A DNA stretch of 64,000 nt from Paraphysomonas bandaiensis (taxonomy: Eukaryota; Protista; Chrysophyceae). The stretch covers positions 55,639-119,638 of the forward strand of contig CBFFRP010000120.1 in NCBI GenBank assembly GCA_965644295.1, given 5' to 3'. The notes beneath the pieces are model-generated. The model ran no database searches, had not been told where the DNA came from, and worked only from the letters and a program-made list of their open reading frames with translations. Positions 14,171-28,085 of this stretch are shown one piece after another; the first letter of the stretch is position 1; the number at the start of each line of letters is the position of its first letter. Both the position numbers and the translations under genes were made by a program.

Positions 14171-17100
14171 ATGAGAAGTGGTTACAATCGTAATCAAAAC
14201 GATTCACTGTTACATAGCTATGAACCTGTGATTAGAGACAATGGTTACATATCGTCTACTGCTCGATCAAACAGACTCCCTACAGTCAAGAAAACAGGAT
14301 ATGTAACAAGCTCATCAATGTCAAGATTAGGGGCGAAAGCAGTGAATTTGGTTGGATATATCGGCCGGGGGCCTTTTGACGTAAGTGTGTCTCATTGTGG
14401 TTCACCACAGTAGGTGAGTATGTTGAACACAGGACTGGAATAGATTCGAAATTGTGGAGGCACTGATAGAAGATGGACATATACTGCGTGATGAAAACTA
14501 CCTCAGTGTAGGTATACTTCGCTCATTTGCAGAGAAGGTGGGGTGAATAGTATTTTTATGTTAGATTAAAATGATTTGACTCACTCGGCAGGTGTTTGAA
14601 GGCCGTGATGATTTCCCCGACAAGCCTCAGCCGTACTCTGATAGCATGGTACAAAGGCGGAACACTGCGGCTATGGTCATTCAGAACGCTTGGCTATCAT
14701 CAGTTACCCTAAAGAAAGAAAGGTACCAAATATAACGCATGAGTTGCTACTGTCACTGATTTGTCTTGATTTATTTTGATTATTTTGACTTTGAATAATC
14801 GTAATTGTATCACACACTTTAGGATACGACGCCGCCAAATATCTGCTGGGAAGCATAACCGTACTATCCCTCTATCAGTACTGCCCCCCCCAGAAGAGAG
14901 TTTAGGCGAAAGAGAGTCCTATAATAAAATAAACCTTCAGGATTCCTCCACCCATGATTCGGAGGACTGCATTGATGACACCAGTGGCGATGGTATGTTG
15001 TCCAACTAGTCATTGGTTTAGATGTGATTACTGTTGTGTTGTGCTTTTGATTTCTTTTCGTATAATATATATTCCAGAAGAAAACAGAGCCGCCACATTA
15101 TCAGTACTAGAACAGGAATGGGTTCCTCCGTCATGGGAATATGCCAGGTGTTGCGATGAACTGTATGGATGTAACGAGTAATTGTTGTGTGTACAGGATG
15201 TATGCAGATTGTAGTCACCCACGCAAGGGTGGAGTTGGTGGCAGTGAAATGTCTTGGCTGCGGACCACTACTGGACGACATTGCGTGACAGGACATTGGG
15301 GAGAGCAGGTGAGAGCTACTGCACTTATTGTTTATATGGGCATTTTAAGTATGATACATTTTGTGAATTTTTGAATATAAAATTCGACGTGTGTATCAGT
15401 GTGATATGTTTGAGGAGAAGCAAGTGTCTGAGTTGAGCAGATATGGTCCAGGTGACAGTTCGTAGCATTTACCACGTGGGTGATAATTGAATTTCTCAGG
15501 CATTACTAATTACTTCAAGTTCTTGAAGTGGTGTTTTTGGATATTTACTGTGTTGTCGTGCTTAAATTTACCAATTCTGATTCTCAACACTTTTGGACAC
15601 TCCACGGAGGAGGGTGCAAGACTTCATGATCTCTCTCAGACCATGGTGAGTAAACTGAACTATTGTGACAGCTATGTAGTGGGTTGTATGATAGTATTAC
15701 CAGGCAGGGAATCTTGGTGGTACGAATGTGACTAAGGGTGTGCACTTCCCCGGTTGCAATGACAATATTAGAAACCAAAGGTCAGCCTTGTATAAATATT
15801 TTTCTCCATTTACTTTATATCACAACTTTTATGTCCTCAGTTGTGACATAGATAAAAGCACTGTCGCTCTCCTATACGCATATATTGACATTTTCGGAAC
15901 ACTCCTCGGTAATGGATACTATTTCTGGTGAATGATATCCTAAAATGCTGTAGTTATCATAGGATATCTCTGGTTGCGGTTGTTTGAGGCGAAGGAAGTC
16001 ATTGTGTTGGACAAGAACACCGTCAGTGCTGCCAGTTACACTGTTATGGTGAAAGGGTTTGTCCAGAACCTCAAGTTTACCGAGGCAGAGCTGAAAAAAC
16101 ACTTCGCGGAGGTATGCTTAACCTTCATGTATGTTGTAAAGATGGGGTGTGATGGTGATATAGGTAACTGGACAAGCGGTCAGCGATGTCACTATTGCTT
16201 ATGACAATGAGAGGGAGATATATTTGTACCGCAAGCGGGGAGAGCTTATGAAAGATAGAGTTAGGTGCACACAGGAGTACAGATATTACCGCTCACTGCA
16301 GAATAAGGGCAGCCATATATCCCAAGAAGTGTTTCTAGGAATTCTCTCAAAGAGAGTAAAAGCCACTGGTATGTGGGCGCCTATTCACTGCATATCGTAT
16401 ATTCTCATATGATGTCGGTTTAGCTGCTATGAGAGAGATAGACGATGAAACTGACCGCCTGGCGCACTGCCAAGATGTAAGTAATTTATTGTCAGATATA
16501 AAATTATTAACTAGTTACTTTCTTTTCGACATTGCGTAGAGGCCGGTATGCGCATTTGTGACCTTCGAACGCGCGATAGGTGTGTGCTTGCATTGTAGCG
16601 TGTGTACATGATGGTGTGCGGTATTTAGGCTCACGAGTGGCATTGAACACTTATAATAAATCATTCTGGGGATACTTACGTATGAAGCAGTCTCTTAAAT
16701 TTAAAAATTCCAGAATTCGAGTCAAACAAGCTGCGGAACCTTCAACTATTATTTGGGAAAACCTGAAGGTAGGAACACCAATTTTTTTATTGTAGCGGTA
16801 TTGACATCAAACTTAGTATCGGCGTGTAAGTAGAATGAAGAGACGACTTCTCACAACCTCTATCACTGTTATCCTGTTGACTGTGTCGGCCTTTACTAAC
16901 ATTATTGCCCGAGTATTGGAGCAGAGGTGAAAAGAATTATTTTCTCTGTTGAGTTTTAATTGTGTACTGCGACGTAGTGCCACAGCTGCGGGGGGTACCC
17001 ATGACTGCCCGGAGACTTTTTGGGATCAACCCGATGAGCAGCAGAGACAGGACGTGGAAGATAATGACAACCTACTGCACTGCTACTGCGAGCAGTATAC

Positions 17101-19985
17101 TCTGCTCGAGCAAAGAGAAGTTGGTGTTCTACCTACCTAATTTTAGGATCTTATCTGGTCCCGTTTAATAAATGTAGGATTCTTTGTGTAAAGAATATTT
17201 CGAGGAAAATATTGTTGCTGATATATTCGTGTAAGTGTCAAACTTAAACATTGTGGGGTATTTGAAATAAATTCGTTTCTATGAAGATATATTGCTGCGA
17301 TGGTTGTGTTAGCGACGAATAGCGGGATCGATATGTTCCTGAAGGCAAGTGTAAAGTATGAGAAACACCATTCCGCGGATGCTATGGAGAAGAGTATTTT
17401 CCTTCGCATGTTTTTATTGAAACTCATGAACACCGGTGGGTAACACAACCACTATGTTAGCATCAGTGCGTTTAATGGAGACACACAGGCATTCTCTTTC
17501 TGTTCATGGACAGTCTATCACGCGTGAATCTCTTCTTCGGTATAATGTACGAAGATTCAGGAAACTTTACGACTGCTTGGTATCAAACTGTCGGTGTCAG
17601 TATATGTCTTGTACAGATTGGTAATATAATTTCACCTCACCTCTGGAAGGTTGGTTTTGCCAAGTCTTGGGTGGTAATATGATGTATTTTGTATTAGCTA
17701 TATAAGTACCGTGAAGCAATATTAAAAAGAAAGGCTGCCGCGATGGACCCTCTTAAAGGCGCCCTCACTCAGGTTTCTAGCTGATCTTTATCTGAGGTTC
17801 TTATGGTGTTCTAGGATGATCTTAACCAACTTCATCTTGGCCCGGATTTCTTCGTTAGCCATCGATATGCTCAGGTCATGGCTGACCTTTTCGTGTGCTA
17901 CATGTTCAGCACTGGAATGCCGATTCTAGCCGTTATTGCCATGGTTAGATTCCCTTGCGCACTTTCATATGGGGGATAGCTTACCATGTGCTATGTGTAG
18001 TTGAACTTCTACGTGTCTTACTGGGTTGATAAGTTCCTATTCCTCCGCTACTATAGAAGGTAGCATGCTTACGAGTACTGTAATATCCTTACATTCTCTG
18101 CTTTAACAGTCCTCCGCGATACAAAGCCAACATCGGCAGGAATGCCACAGTCATAATTCCTTATGCCATTGCCATTCACCTCTGCGTATCCATATGGACC
18201 TTAGGAAATAGGTGGGTGGTGCTTATCCCTACCCACTATTGCGTAAATCCGATTATTTTCATCAGACATATTTTTGCAACCCAAGAGCAAGATACTGGTG
18301 AAATCTCGTTTTATGCCAGGTACATGGACCGTGTTATTATTCATGATACCGGTAATTTATTATATATGTGTAGGGAGTACAACTTGTACAATTTTAGTGA
18401 AAAAGTTAATCAAAGGCACACTTTTCCTCTTTTCGTGTTGCTTGTCTTGGTACTTTTTGGTATCGTCTTGGGCCAGCTTACTGACCAGATAATCAGTTAT
18501 TTGCATATGGTAATGGGGTCCTCGAATATTGAAATTCACTTGAAATGTTGCAATAGATTGCCAGGTCTTGCTGTGGATCTGTAATTCTGAGATCGGAATT
18601 TTACAAAGAAATGGTTAGATTCGAATATTGTAACCCAGAATAGTATTTTATTAACACACTTACTAGGAGCGTTTTCTGTTCAATACAATAAATATCTCCT
18701 ACTCAAGGGCTGTAAGAAGAGGAATAATCAAAGGTTTGACTTGCCTATTATTGACTTGCGATAACTTCAATGGATGCTTTTATGCAGGCTTGGCGACCTA
18801 CAATATCCTTTTGAACCCTCGATACAAAGAAGCATTTGGCATCACGGATGGCTTTGCCATATCGCATAAGAGAGTGAAGAGTTTGCGGAACTTTGGGGTA
18901 AATAAGCTAGATATCTGTAGTGTATTCATTTCTTTGTTCTATATAGCGCATCTCGTTCAATGATGGGAAAGAAATAGAGAATCACGATAGGACAAGTGCA
19001 GTATCGTCTGTGGCCACTCCTGGTGTATTACATGTACGCCTTGTCAATTGCTGCACGATAGCTGCAGTTAATGATTATTTTATCAGCTTGTTAGCCTGCC
19101 TCGTGGAAGTGGGGTAAATGACCATCCCAAATGCGAGCAGTCCACTCGCCACCATAAGACGTCTTCAGACACGGTCGATTGGGATAATAGGAACAGCAAG
19201 AAGATGAGCAGTTCAGAACAGAGGACAGAAATAGTCTTGTATGTTTCATGGAAAATATTATGTATAACTGCGTAATGTAAGAATTATAGACGGACGCTGG
19301 CTGAGGAAGAAGAAATTGATAGTGGGGACATTGATAGCGGCAACCTTTCGGAGAGACCTCGGCGCAGGAGGTCTGCACATATCGGTGTGCTCCCCAATCA
19401 GAGTCGATGTGAGTGTTCAGATCCTGCAATAATTTTGACATTGTATATAGTGTCGAATTATATACTATCTTGTTAGTGTGCGTATATCGTGTTTCTATAA
19501 TGGTAGGGTGTTATGTTTCATTTCTGCAGATAAGACCGTAAAATACACTCCAAATGAGGTCACGGGCGTGTTGCTCCCTAGGTAAATCATATGGAAGTGG
19601 GTAAATATTTTCATGCTTATATTGCTATAGTGATCGAAATGGGATGAATTTGGAGCAGACTGCTAGATATCAAGGTGTCATTCATACATCGGGTGATTTT
19701 GATGTTGATGTGACAGAGCGTCCTGTAAGTGCATTCGTGGACATAGAAGAATCCTATGCTGGCGTTAGTGATCAAGATAAGATGCACGTTCCTGATGAGA
19801 TGAACCCCATGAATAATGGAGATTCTAGACGTATAAAAGCTGTCAGTTTGTCGAATTCACACCAAGTGAACACACGAAGAGCTCATGTAATGCATTTGAG
19901 ACCTTCTCCAGAAGATAGGGTACACATTGCGCAATTTCGAACTGGGCGCAGCTCAAGGAGAGCACAAAGAAAGACTCATTCATGA
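14171..19985 (+). CDS. OSCA/TMEM63/CSC1-family mechanosensitive cation channel, many short introns
   Basis: Exon motifs YFKFLKWCFWIF, SYTVMVKG, AFVTFE, VKQAAEPSTIIWENL, EKHHS, TQDDLNQLHLGPDF..RYAQ, YWVDKFLFLRYY..PPRY. IQ-like AAMVIQNAW near the N-terminus. Start and C-terminal tail exons are less certain. Confidence 0.85.
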
Positions 19986-20423
19986 GTCATCTGGAGTATA
20001 ATATTCATAGTTTATTTTTTATATATATATACTCTATTCGGTGTTTGTGTCTGTAGTTTAGTGTTGTCTAGTAGACAGTAGACTATGCATATATGCATAT
20101 AGACTTTTGCTATACCATGTACGACTATGCATATAGACTTTTGCTAAACCGTGAAATCAGAATATAATGCGATAAAGTTGTTTTGTATATATGTTGATTT
20201 GGCACTGAAAAGTTGTTGTAAAACAGAAGATTGCTAGTAGGCAATAAATTCTAAATTCTATTGACAAAATTAGATCGTTCACCTGTCCCAACAGACATTC
20301 CATCATATCGATGTACTAGTCTACAACATTCTCACTGAATTGATGAATAATTGGACTATATTACATTATATATTATATATCGATCGGAAGGGTCGAAACC
20401 ACAATACAAAATAGAGATGCACA

Positions 20424-20828
20424 TTACACCGAAACTTCAGAATTTCTATCATTCGATTCACAAGCACGTGCAATTTCAGAGTCCCATTTTTGTAACATTT
20501 CCCATGAAATATTCACCTGTGCATCTTTTGACTTACTAACAGTGGATGCATCTTGAGGGATATCTACTGGTGGTTCCTTTCTATCTATCGACACACTATG
20601 TAAGTCATTAATAATCTCTTGTAGTAATATGCCAGTTGTTTCTTTGTAATGATCTGTATCACTTTCATTGTCACTGTGTATATCAGAGTGTTCATCTGAG
20701 TTCGTGTTGTATGTATGGTGCTCACTGCTGTGATCATCCCAACACATGCTGTCCAATAGATCCATTACGAGATTATCATCTATTGATAGGGTTGATGGTG
20801 AGGTTGAATGAGTGTTGTTGTCTGTCAT
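20424..20828 (-). CDS. Hypothetical acidic low-complexity protein
   Basis: ORF 20424-20888 with probable ATG at 20828 (MTDNNTHS). No recognisable domain. Confidence 0.35.
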   Translation of the reverse strand: MTDNNTHSTSPSTLSIDDNLVMDLLDSMCWDDHSSEHHTYNTNSDEHSDIHSDNESDTDHYKETTGILLQEIINDLHSVSIDRKEPPVDIPQDASTVSKSKDAQVNISWEMLQKWDSEIARACESNDRNSEVSV

Positions 20829-20915
20829 TATGAGGGTGTAGAGATGCTGAGAGGAAACTATCAGACTGAGATGTAAACATACATACAAGTGAATATAATC
20901 ATAGTGCTAGCTATA

Positions 20916-21090
20916 CATATGAACGTACCTGTGTACATATATACAGTACCTCTACTCTACATATGAACGTACCTGTGTACATATATACAGTACCTCTACT
21001 CTACATATGAACGTACCTGTGTACATATATACAATACCTCTACTCTATATACATACAGAGTACTGTACATATGAACGTACCTGTGTGTAT
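20916..21090. repeat. 44-bp tandem repeat, 3 copies plus a partial
   Basis: CATATGAACGTACCTGTGTACATATATACAGTACCTCTACTCTA starts at 20916, 20960 and 21004 (third copy slightly variant), with a partial copy at 21068. Confidence 0.9.
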
Positions 21091-21385
21091 ACAACCGGAG
21101 TACATACATATCTACCTCCGTCTGTACATACCATACCCAACTGTACAGAGGTACACAATGATACATGTACCAATATACGAACAGCAGTACATTATAAAAA
21201 TAGGGATTTTTATTAATTCTTATTATTCTATAATTCCCTGATTTCGATGGTTTAGAAATTACATACTGCTGTGTATAGCTATACGTGACACTGATCATAG
21301 TGGGATATACATATATATAAGTGTGAGGCTCTATATAAACCATACTGCCTATAAATACCTCCTTCTATCTATAAGTACTTCCATC

Positions 21386-21883
21386 ATGAGCAGTAGTACT
21401 GACTCTGACACTGAATCTGATGACAATATCATCAGTAAAGGTCATGAGCAGGAGGAGGAGAACAATGACGCCTGTACTGGCAAAGATGCCCGTATATCTG
21501 ATGCAGAGGATACACCAGCATGGTTACGATATCTTCCACGCCCACCATGGAATGGTGCTAAGGTTCATCACAATAATTCATCTCATATTGATATAGAGGA
21601 GGGAGATAAGCAACACAGATGTATTGTTAAGACAATACCACAATCTTCCAATCCATTTGCTACTCATGAATTATTAATATCTGCAAGAAAGCGCAACAGA
21701 GATGATGCTCAAGAAACTAGTGAACAATTAGAGACTAATACTCCGTCTTCTGGGATGGATTCCAAAGATGACACTGATAGTTTCCAACGAAAGCGTAAAT
21801 GTAAATATGGTAGCTCGCGCGGCTCGCTTGATGAAGCAGCTGCGCTTATATCCTTTTGTAAATTGAGCAAAGAAATCTCATAG
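21386..21883 (+). CDS. Hypothetical disordered protein with basic NLS-like patches
   Basis: ATG at 21386 (MSSSTDSD). Contains RKRNR, RKRK and a C-terminal LDEAAALISF helix. Confidence 0.45.
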   Translation: MSSSTDSDTESDDNIISKGHEQEEENNDACTGKDARISDAEDTPAWLRYLPRPPWNGAKVHHNNSSHIDIEEGDKQHRCIVKTIPQSSNPFATHELLISARKRNRDDAQETSEQLETNTPSSGMDSKDDTDSFQRKRKCKYGSSRGSLDEAAALISFCKLSKEIS

Positions 21884-22456
21884 TAGCCTTCTTATTTATT
21901 TGTGCATGATTTAATAAGAATCTTTTTTTTCCTGTACTAATTTATTAAAGTTTGAATGTGTAGACATGGTTAATCATGACTATAAGAAAAGTGTGGATTA
22001 AGCTCTAACAAAGAACTGCATTACTTAGTCCTTTTATTTGGTAACAAGAACGGTTTGTATAGCAGTAACTCACACATATATCTGTCAATTCTTCAGTGCT
22101 ATGAAATTTATTTATTATTCGCTCTCTGTAAACAATACCCAATTGAATTGGAAAGTCAGTGCACGATACTGTGTATCAGCACTAAAGCACCGGGTATTTC
22201 TTCCGGCGATTCTGCAGGATCAAACACTACGCAAGTCATCGCAAAAAGTATGCAATATTGAGCGCTAGTAATTTAATGAAAACAGGGGCGTATCATCTTT
22301 ATCGCTTATTGATTTGACATATATAATGTCAGCAACCACATACAGAACACTACATGCACGTACTATTCAATAACTACCAATACTCCATAATCCACAATAG
22401 ATACGGAATATCTACCACACCAACAACTACTATCGCATTAGAGTAGTGTCAATTGC

Positions 22457-23107
22457 TCATTTCAATACCCTTCTGTTTCCATGTAGAGGTTTTCTTTCTC
22501 CAAAAGGTGACGACTGGCTCGTAGTTGAGCCGGGCAACATCATAGGAGAGGATACATTTCCCGTGTGGATATCACCACTAGGAGACATACAACCATCATT
22601 CATCGATGCTTTATGAGTATTGACAGCATCGTCATCAGTATCGAGAATTAACATCTCGCCAGTTCCACCAGAGAGCTTTTCTAGCGTACCACCCTCATGC
22701 GTTGATTCGGTATTATCAAATGCAACACCCCCATCCCCATTTACACTGTCCATAAAGTGTTCATATTGGCCAGTCTCCATCAAGGTGACTTTTTTCTCAC
22801 TCAATCCGGGCTCACGAAACTCTGCGTGAAGACCAATTGGAGCCTGGCTGTCGGAAACTTCATTCAGACGAGCTTGATACCAAGTCATGCTTTCATATTT
22901 GTTATACTCTATTGCCTTTTCAGGAGCATCAGTCTCTGACTCGTCGACTTTGCAAGTGTTAGATTCTGCATCATAATTTGGTAAATATTGACTTTTGTAT
23001 TTTAATGACTTCTCTGTGTTCCCTCCATAATAGGCAAAGTTCATGCTATCTTCCCTGTCCTTTATAACAATTCCTTTGTGATTGCGGGTAGTGTTATAGG
23101 ACGCCAT
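22457..23107 (-). CDS. Hypothetical protein (216 aa)
   Basis: ATG-initiated intronless ORF with protein-like composition; no domain recognised. Confidence 0.5.
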   Translation of the reverse strand: MASYNTTRNHKGIVIKDREDSMNFAYYGGNTEKSLKYKSQYLPNYDAESNTCKVDESETDAPEKAIEYNKYESMTWYQARLNEVSDSQAPIGLHAEFREPGLSEKKVTLMETGQYEHFMDSVNGDGGVAFDNTESTHEGGTLEKLSGGTGEMLILDTDDDAVNTHKASMNDGCMSPSGDIHTGNVSSPMMLPGSTTSQSSPFGERKPLHGNRRVLK

Positions 23108-23813
23108 GCAGTAAGAGTCTCACAATAAACAATTAACACGTGCAAGAAAAAAAACGTTAAAGAAACGTAACACTGTAATAATGTAAGTATCTAAAGAGGT
23201 AAGTAAACAGAGAAGGCAATACACACACTAATTGTATCTAGAAACGTGCATCATTTGCAAGAGATGTTTCTGTATCGCCGAAACGGTAGAAAACGGTTGA
23301 GTAAGAGTGAATTTTATCCAATGAAAAGGTAGAAAAGTGAAATGATTTGTTGATAGAGATCCAAGCAGTGGTTTGAGTCACTCTTAGGGAGTGAATAAAT
23401 TAGGGATTTATATATAAATTAGGAATTTATATATAAAAAACATAGGATTTTATTCATAAGTGTACTGCTGAACATCCCCTAAATATATCAGAATACATCG
23501 AACTACAACAGTGTATTTTAGATATCACAAGCAGCAGTTCCATATAACGGTTTTGTAGTGTCTATAGAGGGCGATGATACATACATACACACACATACAT
23601 ATACATACATACCTTATCAGATCACTAGCTGCTTCTCTTGCATAGTAATGCAACTCTATGGGCATTATAGTATCGGATTCTATCTGTTTATATCATACTA
23701 TACTATATCACTGCATTCTAGCACACTGTCGTGCTATTACAGCAACAGGTAGCATATATATCAGATACTTTCGTCGTGTGTAGCTATAGCCACAAGGCAC
23801 ATTTGTATCAGAT

Positions 23814-26800
23814 ATGTCGACAAAGACGAGATTTACAAGTAGTAAACATATTAATGCTAAAACACCATCTGGTGGCTCAGGTATGTATATTTTTATCTCA
23901 ATATAAGTATAAATTTAATAAAATCTAATAATTTAGGATCAAAAAAAGCTCATCATACAACCACTGGAGCCACTGGTAAAGGGGGTCATGTCCAAGTTAT
24001 TTATAATGGAAAGATTGTTACTCCACAAAGTTTGCTACCACGAAAAACTGCCAGCACAACTTATAATGCAAAAAAAATTAATTCTACTAGAGCAGTTAAT
24101 GTTGAGAGGGAAAGCACCGCTCAAAGCTCAGATAATCAGGAGAGTGATAAAGATGTCGCTCGAACTATGAGAAAACAGAATTCTTTTCCCGCTCGAAAGT
24201 AAGTTATAATTTAGTTGTAACTGCATGAAATCACGTAGTATACTGTAGAAACACAGCTGCGACATCTGAAACGGAAAGCACTATGTCACGCATCCGTTCC
24301 TCTGCAATTAACGCTGCTGCTGCCCAGCGCCTTGCGGAACAAGTCGTGACAGTTGTTCTATCAGAGACTGAGACAGATACTCTCTTATCCTTGCCTTCTT
24401 TAGTATTGTCAACAGAAGTGCGGGAATCGAAAGAGGTGGAAGAGAGTAACAAAGCGTACGAGGCGATCATTGAAGCCCACAAAAACTCGGATGGGTTCAC
24501 AGCCCGCCCCACGCAGACTATAAACAATCCACAGAAAAATCAGAATGAGATGGCTGCTCCAAATGCGTCGCAAGAAGTCTCCTGTCAGGCGACAGCGTAT
24601 GACATAGCGGACTCAGTACAGGGAAATCAAGGGCAGCAGACAGATGAGTATTCCCTCCTACAAGGGGGAGAAGCAGGTGAAACTGAGGTAGACACAGGGT
24701 TGTCTCCCCATGTGGCAAAGTTTGTGGAGAGCACAGTGAAAATGTCCCTAAACACTCCTGGGTGTTTACTAGACGCCCTCCAGGTAGTCCTTAATTGTCA
24801 GATATTGATAAAGCTAGAAGTTCATGCCTGTGGAAATGGATTTAAATTTTGATGCACAGTTATATATCAAATATTTTTGTTTCAAGTTTAATGTATTTTA
24901 CGTTCCTAATGTAGGTGACCACAACCAATCCCGGCCAGAAAGGTGGAAAAAGTGGGAAACACTCTGATAGTGGTGACCGCCGATCCAGGGCAAATAATGG
25001 CCCTCTCTCGAGCTCTGCCGCAATGGTCAATGGGTCACAGGCATTCTTTGGTACCGATGTGGTGGGAGGAAGCGCAGCAGATCAGTCCAATGGAAGTGGT
25101 CATCACAGTGGATCGAATCCAAACAATTTGAGCGGGCAGCATACTGGAGAGGAAGGAGACACATTTGATTGTGATGACAGAGTATTTGTTGGTCACGATA
25201 GTATGAAATCTCTCGAGGAAGCAAATTTAGAGGCGGTGTTATCGTCTTCTACTTTGGTAAAGAAATTGCAGATGGTAGAACGGGCAGTGCAACAGAACGC
25301 ATACCACCGTCACATCCTCGATTATCGTGATTTTCCAGATGTACAGCCCCTCACTCTTGTGGCAGAGATGGAGAAAGCAACAGTAGTAGATTCAGTAGAC
25401 AAGCTGTTTGGCGGTACCGGTCTGACTTCAGCTTTGGCCCGGGGTGCCTCCCCTGCAGCTGCAATTGGTGGTTCCACCACACTCGAGTCGGATGGAGTTG
25501 GGACTAGCGCAGGTAATCGCAAAGGTAACCTGGGAAGCGCTCATGATGTGAGTGCTGGGGCGAGTGCTGGTGAGGATGGAGCATTGGGATCAAGTGGGCA
25601 CTTGGTCCAGGGATCCTCTCATGTAGGAGATACTGATCACGCTGCCAAAGTGCGTAAGTTGTTCACGTACTCTGCCCCATCTCTCGTCCGCTCGCGACCT
25701 GTTACTTGCATGTCATGGAACTCAGAAAATACTGACATTCTAGCCGTGGGATATGGGAAAGTTGACTTCATTCCTGAAAACAGCCATCCCAAGGGTCCTA
25801 ATGGTGAGGAGCTAACAGAAGAAGAGCTAGCGAGCGGTCTGGTGCTATTTTGGTCGTTACGAAATCCAGACTACCCGGAGAAAGTTTTACGCACACCCCA
25901 CGCCATTACTGCCCTTGACTTTTCAAAGAGAAACCCAACCCTCCTTGCTGTAGGGTTTTATAATGGTGATATTGCTGTGTATGATGTGCGTCGAGAGGTG
26001 GACTGGGAGAAGCCGATGGAAACATCTGCCGGAATGGCGGGAAGCCACTCAGATCCTGTCTGGTAAGGCTACATTTGTATCTATGCGTGATATGTTGCTG
26101 TTGTGATGGTATTATCTCTTGTTCCATCTATTGTTATAATAAAGAGCCTAGGCAAGTGAAGTGGCTGGCGAAAGGGCAAGACAGGACTGAGACACTTGTG
26201 TCGATATCCACTGATGGAAATGTGTTGCAGTGGAGTCTCAAAAAAGGTCTTCTTGTATCACTCCTCATGCAGCTGAAAAGAGGTGGAGCGGTGAGTGTGA
26301 GCCTGTTGTATATTGGTATATCCTTTTTCTACTGACCTTCTTCTGTGTAAAATTTATCAGGGCGAAGGATGGATCAGTCGTCAAGCTTCAGGCTTGTGCT
26401 TCGACTTTGCTCCTGAAGATCACGGGACTTACGTGACCGGTACAGAGGAGGGGACTGTTCATAGGTGTTCGATATCATACAACGAACAATATCTAGAGAC
26501 ATATGAAGGACACAGTGGTCCAGTCTATCGATTAAAATACAGTCCCTGGTGGGGGGACATTTTCCTTTCTTGCTCTGCGGACTGGACAATGTCTCTATAT
26601 CATATGCGGAGTAATTGGCCGTTGTTGACGTTTCATTCTAGTGGTGAAGATTTTTCCATCAATGACATTTCCTGGTGCCCTCGGAACTCAACTGTGAGTA
26701 CGATAATGGATGTGGTAGTAATGAAATATTTGTTTTGTGTGTATGAGCAGTCATGAATTACAATATACATCTATGTGTAGCTCACGTATGGCTTGTAGGT

Positions 26801-27431
26801 ATTTGCGGCCGTGACAGCTGATGCTAAGTTCCAAATATGGGACATATCAGTATCAGATATTGATCCTGTTATTAGTTTGGACACCAATGCAGATGTGGAT
26901 GCTGGAGGAGACACGGCTGAAAACCAGAAATCGGCAACCAGTGCGGGTAGCTCACATGCTGGATTGACTTCATCACGAAAGGGTACTGGGGCTGCCACCC
27001 AGAACTCACGTAGAGATTATGGAAACCGCGGTGAAGCGCAGCGAGATGACGACAAGGAGACTCCTGTGACGAGATTGCTCAAAAACCTTGCTTCTGGGGC
27101 ATCCTCACGTCGAACTTTGACAACAGTAACTTTTTCTGAAAACAGTCCCGTGGCAGTGGTAGGCGACAGTAAAGGAGTCATCACTGTGTACCGAGTTAAT
27201 GAGCCTAATATAATGACTGATATTAGCAACCCCGTCGCCCAGACTATGAAATTAAAAGAAGCTGTATGGAGGCAAATTGATCCTTCAGATGCTGCGAAAC
27301 TACAAAATAATTCCAGCAATACAAGTGGAGTAGAAAACTCAAACAATCCTGTGAACAATGACAAGCCTCAACCATCGCCCGTAGTGAAGGATCAGTCACC
27401 TTCTGGAGAGTCAAACACCGCAAACCAGTGA
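23814..27431 (+). CDS. WDR78: Axonemal dynein intermediate chain WDR78/DNAI4 (IC138-like), WD40
   Basis: Motifs MERAVQQN, VTCMSWN..DILAVGYG, FWSLRNPDYPE, HSDPVWQVKW, LVSISTDG, GTEEGTVHRCSISYNEQYLETYEGHSGPVY, FLSCSADW. Multi-exon; putative ATG at 23814. Confidence 0.85.
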
Positions 27432-27599
27432 TTTTTTAATTACTTTTGTCGTTTGTAGTTCGCATTCATATGTTATATTTCAAAGCCATTCTCTAACTTA
27501 ATAATAGCTAATAATAAGGGCCAACACGATGCGCTGTTTTTTGCGTTAAATTACTTTGATTATAGTGCGTAAGTATTACACCTCATTTACGAAAGTAGT

Positions 27600-28085
27600 A
27601 ATAAATGCTTTATTATTAGCAGTAGGCGTTAAAGAATCAGTGCTTAACTCTGATACTCTGATATCCTACTATTTAACACTACGAAAGTTGCTTGTGCGTC
27701 ACCGCAAGCACCAAGGTGCAACCACTTTCGCTCTATCACTCAAAGCAAACGCAGTGAGCATGCAGAATATTGATGCTGATATACCTGACATCTGTTGACT
27801 TCAGGATTTTGAGTCCTCAAGGTGAACTCATCCCGGATGCTTAACTTCAGCAGGCATCCCAATTCCCCGGATTCCATTGACGTGGGCCCATTCTCGGATG
27901 CCTATTTATTCGTCAAGGCCCAAAGACGTCTACACAAGTAACACTTATGAGTGTCCTTTGTACCACACAAGCATTCGGCTATGAGTGGTGGCTATATATG
28001 AGTGGTGGTTTTATTTCTGCTGACTATATATGTGGGTCACTCCGGTACTTATCCCGAAGTACACCACAAAAAGGTGCGAGTCCAA
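27600..28085 (-). mobile_element. Non-autonomous retroposon or LINE 3'UTR copy (subfamily B) with the shared 3' tail
   Basis: 27610-27730 matches the LINE tail (GCGTCACCGCAAGCACCAAGGTGCAACCACT). 27830-28085 is the reverse complement of segments at 29150-29370, 34745-34890 and 41857-42145. Confidence 0.7.

Noticed and set aside
20916-21090. CRISPR-like array
   Set aside because: Units are contiguous with no unique spacers; eukaryotic context and no cas genes.
27650-27700. Hammerhead ribozyme in the retroposon tail (CTGAT...CGAAA)
   Set aside because: The core reads CTGATAT, not CTGANGA; I could not build the three stems, and it is antisense to the element.
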